In this document: positions 1-10,301 of the stretch, piece after piece
Layout: each line of letters opens with the position of its first letter
Position numbering within the stretch: position 1 is the first letter of the stretch
Assembly: GCA_001244265.2 (NCBI GenBank)
Contig: CDLV01000007.1
Location: 372,001-436,000 of the forward strand
DNA length: 64,000 bases
Direction of reading: 5' to 3'
From: Microbotryum violaceum
Lineage: Eukaryota
Notes under the pieces: model-generated
What the model saw: only the letters and a program-made list of their open reading frames with translations
What the model was told of the DNA's origin: nothing
The model's database searches: none
Made by a program: the position numbers and the translations under genes

Positions 1-685
1 CTTGACGCCTCGAGCACGGATCCTCGACTTCGTGACCAACCTCATGCTTGGCGGCACGCTCATCTTTGGTGGCGGGCCCGTCGTGATTCCTCTCTTGCGA
101 TCATACACCGTCGATCCAGGGTGGGTCGCCCCGCGCGATTTCCTCCTCGGTTTTGCGTTGCTGCAAGCCCTACCCGGCCCTCAATTCAACTTTGCCGCGT
201 TCTTAGGAGTTCTTGTGATCCCATCCCAGCCATTCTTGGGTGGCCTCTTGGGCGCGATGGCGATCTTTACCCCAGGAATATTGCTCAAGTTGGGTGCTCT
301 ACCTTTGTATCAAAAATTCAAGACTAACGGTCCGGTGCGGAGCGTCTTGAGGGGTTTCAACGCGGGGGCCATCGGACTCGTACGTCTCGAAGTGACCGCG
401 TCCGCAGTTGGACCTGGAGCGAGCAGCTTGCTGATAGAGTTATCGTCCTTCCCTCCCCAGATCTACTCGGCCGTCTATCGCCTCTTCCGAGTCGGCTTCG
501 TCCAAGGATCGACCCTCGACCCCGGCGTCCCCGCAGCCTTCCGATCTCTCGATCAGGATGGCTTCTGGGTTTCGATCGTAGCGGCGACTTTTGTCGCGTG
601 TGGTTGGTTCAACGTTCCGACACCGGTTGCGATCTTGGTAGGAGCGATTGGAGGGTTGGCTTGGTATGTTGTTCAGCAAGCTTAG
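1..685 (+). CDS. Chromate transporter (CHR family), 3' part; truncated by window start
   Basis: Motifs FGGGPVVIPLLR, FLLGFALLQALPGPQFNFAAFLG, AIFTPG and LRGFNAGAIGL; probable in-frame intron 380-460 (GTACGT...CCCCAG); stop TAG at 683-685. Confidence 0.9.
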   Translation, partial: LTPRARILDFVTNLMLGGTLIFGGGPVVIPLLRSYTVDPGWVAPRDFLLGFALLQALPGPQFNFAAFLGVLVIPSQPFLGGLLGAMAIFTPGILLKLGALPLYQKFKTNGPVRSVLRGFNAGAIGLVRLEVTASAVGPGASSLLIELSSFPPQIYSAVYRLFRVGFVQGSTLDPGVPAAFRSLDQDGFWVSIVAATFVACGWFNVPTPVAILVGAIGGLAWYVVQQA

Positions 686-1182
686 TCATGCTTTGGGGGT
701 ACATATAATATTGTCTGTAGCATCTGGCCCGGTCAAGATGCGATCGGGGGTGGAGGGGAATGAGAAATTGAATGACTATGATTACAAGACCACCGAAGCC
801 GACAGCTAGACCACCCCCAAAACACGCAGCGTCCAAAAGCGCAGCCAATGAAATAGTACGTGAGGTAAAGCCTACTGTACGAGACAAAGAGCAAAGACCA
901 GAGATAGGCTCTTCTCCCGAAACCCCCAAGCCATGCTATCGCTGCTGGCATGGACACAGACTACGTTCAACAGCGCGTGTAGGGGTGTATCGCTTCTTGG
1001 AACCTTGATGATGTTTACGAGGGACAGACTGCTCGTGTAGTGGTAAACATGGACCTCGTAGTGGTTGTAGACGACTGTCGGTTCGTCATGATGGGATTAG
1101 CTTGCTTGTTGGCCTACTGCGGCACCGAAGCTTGGTATTCGTACCCGGTCGACTGTTGCTGTTGCTGGACGGGGGGCAAAGT

Positions 1183-2055
1183 CTAATTTGTCTTCTTTCT
1201 ACGACCATTTGACGAGGCCTTGTGCTCGACATGATTGGTGCGCTGTTCCCGCCTCGGACATTGATTCGCCGTATGATCGCGGCTGAAGCAAAATTGGCAA
1301 GGCGTGTCGAGGTGACGGCGGAGGGACCAGAGCAAATTCTCGAACGACGGAAGTTGTTTCTGACCAGGTTCGAGGCGGCGTATGACAGCCGATCGCCAAG
1401 GCTCAAGTGCTGGGGGTATGTTGGCGAGGAGTCGAGCTGCCATGAGCTGTTCGACGTCGATTTCGTTCTTCCTTATGTGGGTCGTCAAGTTTAGGACTCG
1501 CTTGGACCATTCGAGGAAACCTGCGTGATCGGAGGGCATACGGGGCATGTTGCAAAATTTGTCGACGAGGGAAATTGTGGCGAGGGCGTCGTTGGGTGCG
1601 TATCGTTCCCGAAAGGCGACCCACCAGTCGTGAGCCGTTGCGTCGGGATCCATGGCAAGGAGCATATGGAGCGCTTGGTCGGTTACGGATGCCAGGATGA
1701 TCATGCGTGCGTAATGCTCCCACTTGGCGCAAACGTCTTGAGTCCAGGTATCAGAGATCGTGCCGTGTTTGGTAAAGGTGTAAACCTCCCTAGGGACCAA
1801 AAACGACATGTTGCGATCCCATTCCCAGAAGTTTTCGCTCCCCTTCAGTTTGCAGTGGTCGGGGATTTCGGGGATCACGTAGGATGGGAGGTGGGGAGGT
1901 TCAAGACGCCGAGCTTTACGCGCTAGTTCGTCGTATTCCTTCTTTGTCAATATCACCGTCGAGGACTCTCCATCCGGATTAAGGGGCTGCGGACTCGTGG
2001 CGTTGTCCCCCCGCAGGTCTGGTGACGTGGAGTCATCGAGCTGGGTTGTCGGCAT
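1183..2055 (-). CDS. Ty1/copia-type Gag-like protein (290 aa) with CCHC zinc knuckle; no pol
   Basis: N-terminal KLKGSENFWEW motif, UBN2-like ARMIILASVTD...TAHDWW..FRERYA segment, and CQFCFSRDHTANQC (CX2CX4HX4C). The ORF is uninterrupted. No protease, integrase or RT motifs were seen downstream. Confidence 0.8.
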   Translation of the reverse strand: MPTTQLDDSTSPDLRGDNATSPQPLNPDGESSTVILTKKEYDELARKARRLEPPHLPSYVIPEIPDHCKLKGSENFWEWDRNMSFLVPREVYTFTKHGTISDTWTQDVCAKWEHYARMIILASVTDQALHMLLAMDPDATAHDWWVAFRERYAPNDALATISLVDKFCNMPRMPSDHAGFLEWSKRVLNLTTHIRKNEIDVEQLMAARLLANIPPALEPWRSAVIRRLEPGQKQLPSFENLLWSLRRHLDTPCQFCFSRDHTANQCPRREQRTNHVEHKASSNGRRKKTN

Positions 2056-2477
2056 GGCCTGTCAGAATGTGGGGGCGTGGGACTAAGTATCGCAGGTGGT
2101 TGACACGAGCACATTTCAGGTCGTTTCCGTCAACATATTGAACTTACCTGATCTCAAAAGTTCGATCAGGAACCTGTCGATGGCGAGGGACATGACTGAG
2201 GAAGGAAGCGACTGAGCGCTTGTGCGAGTCTCAGATCTTCCACGAGTTTCCCGACTTGCAACTCGCCGACAGGTGTCGATCACGTGATGCCCGAATGGAA
2301 GCCGAGCCAGCCTCACCTACTTGTCATATTTTCAGTCAATCCCCTCGTTCAGGGACTCCCTAGCCTGCGAAATGCCCATTGGGGTCTGAAAGCTATGAAA
2401 ATAATCTCGATAGGAGTCTCGCCGGTGTGTGGTTTTTCTGGCCGGGCCCGGGCGCGAACTCAGCAAGGACTCTGAAG

Positions 2478-2494
2478 CCCCCCCCCCCCCCCCC
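2478..2494. repeat. Poly-C homopolymer (17 nt; poly-G on the minus strand)
   Basis: Direct reading. Confidence 0.95.
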
Positions 2495-2634
2495 AACAAG
2501 ACAAGAAAGCAAAGAAATGAACAACGAAACTCTATCACTTGATGTCCACTCAATTGCAGTTAGAGAACGAATTCAGGACGTCCATGAGCCTCAGGCGTAG
2601 GGTCTTCTGACAGACTCTCACCCAATCCCGACAT

Positions 2635-3034
2635 TCAATAACGCACGTCTGTCATCGACTGATCTTGCTGCTTCTCGAACGAGTGGCACGAGCAACAACA
2701 CGAACTTGAAGCTAAGTTCTGCGATGCCGAGCTTTGATATCCCACCAGGGTCCCGGACCCGGATGGAGAAGGGTCACTGCGGTCTGCGGCAATGTACTCT
2801 TGAGCCGAGCGAAGGTCCGGAAACTTCTTGTATTTTGCGCCGGAGAAACCCTTGACTTGCGCTTCGGCCTCTGCCCAAGTGGTGTAGGTACCCTCCACTC
2901 GGCCATGTCGAACTAAAATAAGGGAAGTCGATGAAATCAGATGATTAGGGGCTAGTTCTGCCTCGGCATCTGCTGCAAGGCCGAAGGAACTTGCCTGCAT
3001 AGTACCCCGGTTGGATGCCGCCTGATCTCGCCAT
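2635..3034 (-). CDS. Stand-alone RNase H1 N-terminal hybrid-binding domain (Cauli_VI/HBD) protein
   Basis: ATG at 3034 plus a GC-AG intron 2994-2913 gives MARSGGIQPGYYAVRHGRVEGTYTTWAEAEAQVKGFSGAKYKKF, matching the HBD consensus YYAVxxGRxxGxYxxWxExxxQVxGFxGAxYKKF. No catalytic RNase H domain follows. The 3' end is uncertain because a possible donor GTGCGT lies at 2646. Confidence 0.8.
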
Positions 3035-4836
3035 TGTTGGTCGTTGGGAGTTTGGTTGCGCGAAATCACAGCCGAGGCCGGAGATTTTCTTCTGGTCGCT
3101 TCCTTCAAAAGCTCGTCAGTCGGGTTCGTGTATTGGCTCGCTATCCCTGTCGGGCAAGCGCTCAGCCTTGTCAGCGAGCCGGGCGAGGAGGTCGGCGGAT
3201 TGAATCAATCGCTGTGTTCAGTTCAATGGCCTACCTAGAAGATAAAACGCGAGGGATGTGGATAGGGTGAGTAGGATAAAGAAAGCTAAAAGGTGCGGAC
3301 CGTTGATCAGCCCGGTGTACACAGGAAGAGCTGCAATTAGCCCGAATTACCGAACGCAGTAGTGCTCAAGTAGTCGGTCGTTGAGAAAAAAATGACGAGC
3401 TCCCACAAGGGTGTGTGTCGTCCTCGGGATCCCGTCGGAATCGAAATTGTCAAGGCGAAGAGCAGTCGTAACGGCAGCAAGTTCTCAATTTCGGCGGTCG
3501 TCGAGGTTAGCGGCAGCGGCGGCAGAAATCGGATTAGGGGACAAGTCACCTCGGGGGATCGATCAGGTCAATGACAGCGGCTTCGGCAAATACCTCGTCG
3601 ATCAAGCGCTTTGGGGTAAATTTCAGATCAACTAACAACGACAATACATGCTTTATAAATGTGCACGGAGGACCGGGCCGGAACGAAGAAAGGCAGCGAA
3701 AGGTGAATGCAAAAAGAGGAGGTTTTCTGAACGATCTTGTCGCTTTTTCGCCACGAAGACTCGAAGATTAACGAGCTACAGAAGCATACAGTTGCGCGGG
3801 ATTCGGATGGAAGGCCTAGACAGACGAGGAGAAGCGGGAAGAACGGCTAAATGAGCGGATGAGGCAGTCAAAGGGGATAAAAGCGCGGGGCGGTTTGAAT
3901 GGATAGGACGTCTTGGGGAAGTTCGCTTCTTGTTGGTGGTAGACGATTTCGAGGATCCAATAGGACATCTCACCCGGCTTTGATTTTTTACGTGTCTTAA
4001 GTCTCGTTCGGTATCGTTCTCCAGTATTCAGTGTCACGGTCTTGTTCTCGTTCTCGGTCCCGTTTTTCGGTTCTACCTTTCTCCTGCGCTCTCTCCTGCC
4101 ACCCCGTGCCTCTCGGCCATTTCGGTCACCCTCCGTCTCTCTCTCCTGTGGCCTCTGAGAAACTTTTATTCACGTCTCCACGTTTGTTTTGATTCATCGT
4201 CTTGATTGCCCTATCCTATAGGTGCACGCTGAGGTTTCCTAGGACAAATTTCCAACTGTTGTCTCGGAGCTTGGAACGGTGCGCCATCAAGTCAAAAGCG
4301 CCTTCGGAGGGAACGAAGTGCCCGAATAGAATTTGATAGGCTTGATCCCGCGAACCCGAACTTGGGTCTTCTCCTCACCTTTTGCTCTACATCCGATCAG
4401 GTGTGTACTCATGTTTCATGGCGTCTGATTGACTCTGAGGATTGGCTCTGCATCGGATCAGTCCGTGGTTCAACTTGGTAGCGTCTGTCCCTGCCGCTCC
4501 TTCCAACTTCGGTCAGACGGATACGTTGTGTAAGGAGTACAGCATCATCGACTTCAATGCACAATTTCAGGAATCTTGATCCACCTCCACGTGGCGGTTG
4601 CGTATCGGGCTCACTTTCGGTTCACGCCCAAGGTGAAATCGAATGGTGTGTATGCTCCTCAGGAGTCAAAACCTCAGGAGGCGGCAGTTCAGGAGGCGGA
4701 CGTTCAGAAATTGAACCACGAGGACGGTTGATCGTATTGCCTCTTCTTGTCATCACTGGGATCGCTTCATTTCCAATCTATAAGTTCATCCAGCTCTACT
4801 ACCAAGCGCTTCTCCCAGTCCGCTTTTGAGAGAACC

Positions 4837-6209
4837 TCAGAACCTAAACCCAAACTCCCTCTCCAACACCTTCCGAATCGGTCCCGTTTCGAACGGAATA
4901 AACTCCACGTTCTCCTCCTCCCCCTTGATCCCTTCCTTGGTGTACAGTTTGGCTTTGATCAGGTTGTCGTCGCCGTCTTTGAGGTCGATCGGGGGAGCAC
5001 CGTAGGAGAGGGTTTTGCGAGCACCGGTGGGAAGCAGTATGGAGACGACCTACCCGCGAGGGGATCTTCAGTGAACGTTCGATCACACGCAAGTGAGTAG
5101 ACTTACGAAAAAGATCATAAACGTTGCCGCCGAAGCGTGCGAGTTATAGTACTCGGCCATGATGACATCACTCGGCAAGATCGACTCGAGCGTGAAATGA
5201 ACACAAGGAGACCAAAACCCAGGACTCGGATCCAAACTCGTCGCATCCTCGACGACGCTTCCACGGGGAAGGACACGACGGTACAACGTCCATCCGGACG
5301 GTGGATCATGAATCTCTTCGAAAGAGTTGATGCCCATGGTTTGTTTGCGCAAGAGGAAGGATTCGTTGCGGGTTAAAGAACGGGACGTCGCTCCGTCTTC
5401 GAGGACGATGGGGTAAGGACATCCCCCGCCACCGAACCCGGCGTCGAGGACGTAGCGCTTCGAGCTGGAACCGGCCCAGTCGACGACGAGTAGTTCGTGG
5501 GTGATACAGGACCAGTCATAGCCTACGATGGCGGGGTCTTTGCCCCGGAAAAGGTAAACGCGAGCACCGACTTCGGTCACTCGGTAGCCGAAACCTCAAA
5601 GGGGAGATGGATCACGTGACGTTTTTCAGTCGTCGCAAATCGTCGCAAGTTATCGGATGCGAGTAGTGAAAGTACCTCGTAGGAAAGCGGCACAAAGTGT
5701 GTTTTGGGCATAACAATAGCCCCCTGTACCCCGAGCGATCGCACACGAAACAGAAATCGATTCCCGATCGAGGAGGACAAGCGGAATCGAGCCTTCACGT
5801 CAGCCACCTCTTCCCTAGGTAACCTTCCAGAACACCAGTATCTCTCGAACACACCCGTATACCTCTTGGAAATCCTCTCAAAGTTGCCCACGCCCAACTC
5901 CATCCCGTCCCCGGTCCCCAATACGATCGATCGACTCTCCTCCATCGCGTTTTCCCAATCCGTCCTCTTGACGTGCAAGCTACTCGTGTCATAAGGGATG
6001 TGCGTATGCCACGCCATCAAGATTTGATAGAGTAGTTCCAGGGAAGGTTCGGAGTCGGCTAGAGTGGTGGGGAGGTCTAGACGGGATAGGAGGGACTCGG
6101 TGTCGGGCAGGGAGAGGATCGCGTGCTGGATTCGGGGCGAAGTTTTGCCGATGAAGAGCGACGTCGCGGGGCGGCGAGACGTGGGCTTTGTAAGGGATGT
6201 GCTCGCCAT
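4837..6209 (-). CDS. Arylamine N-acetyltransferase family protein
   Basis: Spliced model gives HIPYDTSSLH, TGGYCYAQN (catalytic Cys), THELLVV (His), YVLDAGFG (Asp), and ends LEREFGFRF*; about 3 introns. Confidence 0.88.
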
Positions 6210-6500
6210 TGTGGAGGCAAGAGGAGGGATGGGGTGGAAGAGGAAGGCCAAGAGGTGGAGCAGAAGGTATCGTGGTAAACGACAAGCCTGGAGCCGGGCG
6301 CGTGAGGGCGCGCGAAGCGTTGATAGGCGACGGTCAGCGAAGCTGACTTGGTTTGCTCTCGTTGACTCGACCTGGTTTTTAGGAGAAAGCCGAGCCTATC
6401 GGATAAGGACGTCCGCTCCCAAGGACAACATCCTTTCGATACGTGATTCGTCATCTAGCCCATCATATCCGTTACAAAAGTAGCAATCACCTCGAGTGAG

Positions 6501-8261
6501 TCAACCGTCATACTCGCCGAATTTGACATGTCCCGTCTCGCTCGCATGTGCGCGAGCCTCCTTTTCACCGACAATCGCCTTGCCGCATTGTTCGCACTTC
6601 AAGCTGCCCCAGGCAAAGGAGGCAAACACCACTTGTCAGCCTTAAGGTATCGAGCAAATAATGTCGAGAGCTACCCATGACTTACGTAAACGTTGCCGCG
6701 TCCGTGAACTGATGAGTTTTCCTCAACGCGGTGACGAGCTCCTGGGCAGCGATCAACATGAGCGAAGCTTGGTCGTACTCGGACGTCCGAGAAAATAGTC
6801 GGGTGTCAAAGTCGAGGTTTGGGAAGGGGTAGACATCCGCGGACGAGGGTTCGGCGTAGGAGAAAGTCACGGCGTCGTAGTCTGGTCCTCCGCGGAAAAA
6901 CGGTCCTAGTCAGAAGACGTTCCTCCGGTCCGCGAGGTAACGAAAGGCATACTCACGTATTCCGCTATACACCAACACGGCAGCATTCTCGTAACCCTCT
7001 CCTTCCCCAAACTCATCGACTCGACCCGTCTTGACATCAATCGATGCGATTGCGGTGTTGAAGTAGGAGGCAAAGATGGCCAGTTCGATCGCGCCTCCCC
7101 ACGAGTTGGGTTTGAGAATCGTATTGATATAACTTTCTTGCGGTTGGCTAGGGTAAACATAATCCGATTGTATCAGTGAAGAGAGATTTTGTTCGATTCC
7201 GAATGAACACTCGAAACTAGAGCTTACCCCAGCACGGCTTCGGACCAAGTCTCTGGATTATTCCGAATCACCTCGGCGACCACTGCGATGTGGCAAGGAA
7301 CGGTGGGGGCACGATGTCATCAATACCCACTGTCTAGTACACAATCGATGGTGCATTAAGGCCTACTCACGCTGCCGCAAATCTACTTTTTCAGGCGCCA
7401 ACAGCAACCCAACGGCTCGGAAGAGGCACGAATTATCGTCGGGCACGGTCTGTGGAGAGTCCAAAGCGCGATACGTCGGCTTGGGTTTCAATCACGGCTT
7501 GAAAATCGTTGCGGGGTATGGTACTGACCCTGAGGCACAGATACCCTCCATCGACTTGGACGTATCTGCCAGCGCCTGCCGAGGATGTCGGCTTCGCCAG
7601 GGTCGATGCCGAAGTCGATGCCGCCGTCGGGCTAGGCCGATGGTTCGTCGCGAGGGGAGAAGTCGATGACGAAGCTATGGCATCAAGATGTGTAGAGGTA
7701 TTCCCAACTGAGGTCGAAGCGGCTGATCCGGGGGAAGCTGTCTCGGCAGCTGAGGTGTTGGCAGTGACTTGAATGGACTCGCCTGATCGAAGACCGAGTT
7801 GGGATAGCGTGGTCGTAGAAGGGGATGAGGTTGGGATAGGTTTAGGAGGGAAGCCCGTTCGTACTGTAGGTTTAAAAGAGGGAAGGATGAGCGATGAATT
7901 GCGGAGTGCTGGTGTGGGTTGGGGATGACATGTCCCGTCAGTAAGGTCGGACCCAAGGCGGGGCACCACCACCGTTCAAGTTGGCGATTCGCTCAGGGGC
8001 CGAGTCCGACCTGAGGCCTGGGGTCCAGCCCGACCCAAAAGCGTAGGAGGATAAAGAGGACTTGCACTCCTGTTGATGAAGCGGTATCGAGGTGGTTTCT
8101 GTGACTTTCTGCATGAGATGCTCGAGCGAGGCCTCGGCAGGGACCGAGACCGAATGAGCTCCATTGGGACCTCTACACACTTGTGGACGGTCAGCAACTA
8201 CTAGAGCACAGATGAGAGCCTGCGAGGGAGCTGACCTTATCCGGAGTGCGATGGTGGTCAT
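6501..8261 (-). CDS. OTU1: Ubiquitin thioesterase OTU1/YOD1
   Basis: N-terminal UBXL (LRIR.GPNG, GFPPKP), VPDDNSCLFRAVG catalytic Cys box, SWGGAIEL, HYDA, and C-terminal C2H2 finger CEQCGK...HASETGH; multiple introns. Confidence 0.93.
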
Positions 8262-8684
8262 GCTTGAGATGGACTAGAGTGCGGGACGCGGTCAAAGTGG
8301 CCCCCGCGAGTCACCGCGGCTCGACTGATGACAGCTGCTGATGACGACGCGCCGATAACGCGTCGGCTTTTGACTTTTGACACACGCGTTTCGGCTAGCC
8401 CGTCCCCAATAGCCCCTGTCTAAGGTAGCCTCCGCACTGTCGGCGATCCGAGTCTAGAGCCATCCAACACCTCTTCCTTTCCCCACATCGTGAGTCACTG
8501 TGTCCTCAACCCTCTGCTGCGACACCGACCACGTGGCCAAGTGACCTACCCCCACATTCGACTGCTCCCACTCTGCCAGTCTGCCGCGGCCCGTCTCCCA
8601 GTCTGCCCGTCTCGGCGTCTCGGCGTCTCCCAGTCTCTCAGTTCGGCCATCCCATCGCAACGTGAGCCGTCCTCAGCCAATACG

Positions 8685-9975
8685 ATGCAACCCTACAACC
8701 CCTGGACCGACCCAGCCCCTACCTCGCTCTCCAACTCCACCCCAACCTCCGCCACCTCCCCAGGCTCGAGCTCTGATCCGGCCCTTGCGCCGCACCAAGC
8801 CGCTTTGCTCGCAGCCGAAGCCAGAGCCCAGGCCCAAGCTCTCGCCGCTACCCCACCCGCTCAACCGACCGATGCCCATCGACAACAACACGTCCCTTTC
8901 GATCCTTTGACCTTCCAAGCTGGTGCCAAGGACAAGTTGCCGTTCCATAGGATCTTGGATACTCAGGTGCGTTCAAAGGGATAGAGGGAGGACGTGATTA
9001 GGTCTGATTCGGTCCTCATTCGAACGCTGAACCGCTGACGTGAATTGTATTCCATGCACCTCATCACAGCTCCTACCGAAATGCTCCAAATCTCAAGCTG
9101 TGCAGACGTTGCAACTCATGCAGACCGTACTGGGGTGAGACACACCTCGAGCTTGAACCTCGGCGAATTCGGGCAACCAAATCGACCCTGACTCTTCACT
9201 TCTTCTGACCCGACAGCAACCTCCTCGAACCGCCCAACCCGGCCCAAGCGATGAAGTATCGTCAACTACGCAAGTCGAACGCGCAGATCCAACGTCACCT
9301 CGTCGACGTGTCCTCCGCCGCCGCGATCGACTTTCTCCTCCTGTGTTCGTTCCGTATGCAAGTTATCGACTTTACCGAATACCTCGTTTACCCACCCTGT
9401 CCCTCGGCGAAGCAATTGCATCAACTCAAATTGGGCGCTCATGTCGTCGCGGTTGTACTTGGCAGGGCAAAGGAGGCCGAAGAGAGGGAGGGGAGGTATC
9501 GCCAGAGTGAGAAGGATGTGCAGGAGGAGAGGAAGAAGAAGGCGCTGTTGCAATTCGAAGAGGATCGCAGGATCAAGATGGAAAAGGACCAGAGGGGTCA
9601 GTTCGAAATGGGTCAGAATCAGGCTTTTGAGCTCACTGCCTAACCATTATTCGTGTTCTTCATGCAGAACGCATCTTCCGCACCGAGAAAGCTCGTCAAG
9701 CCTCCGAAGCCGAAGCCAAAGCCGAACTTGAACGCCTACGCCTCCAAGCCGACGATGCGTCGGACCACCCCGTCTTCACAGGTTCCACGTCCGCAGCAAG
9801 ATCCATGACGATCCAACAGAATGATGACGACGATGAAGATACGGAGCGACCGCCTAGTTATGGGAGCGTGACGGGACGGGTCTTGGGCACCGGCGAAGCC
9901 GTTGTGGATCATGATGGGTTCGTGCAGAATCCGGATTTGGAAGACAGTGATGAGGAGGAATACGAGGATGCGTAG
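8685..9975 (+). CDS. PUB-domain-like protein with coiled-coil and acidic C-terminus
   Basis: Spliced model AVQTLQLMQTVL-NLLEPPNP..KYRQLRKSNAQIQRHLVDV..AIDFLLLCSF matches the PUB pattern N..P...KYR.I...N..F/I...GF; ends EEEYEDA* at 9975. Confidence 0.65.
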
Positions 9976-10301
9976 AGACGGTCTTCTTCCCGAAAGACCA
10001 AGAGTCCTCGATATTCTCGAAAGTTTTGGCCATCTGGCTTTGGCACGCAAGGTCTTTCCATTCGCTCGTGGGCTCATTGTAATCATTATGCAACTTGTCC
10101 CGCTCTGTCCATATCGCGATTGCCGATTGCTTGATGAGACACACCAGGCTTAGATTGTAGAACACAAGTTGGGAGCAGTAAAAGAACCAAACAAAAAAAG
10201 GAAAGAGACCTATGAAAAGGAGAAGAAAGAAAGAGAGCCCATGTTGCCCTCCTCCAACTGGGGGTGACCTCTAAGCCAGCGAAGCGATCGATCCCCTCCG
10301 A

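Noticed and set aside
700-2600. Full LTR retrotransposon around the gag ORF
   Set aside because: No matching direct repeats, PBS or PPT-TG junction, and no pol motifs in any frame I translated.
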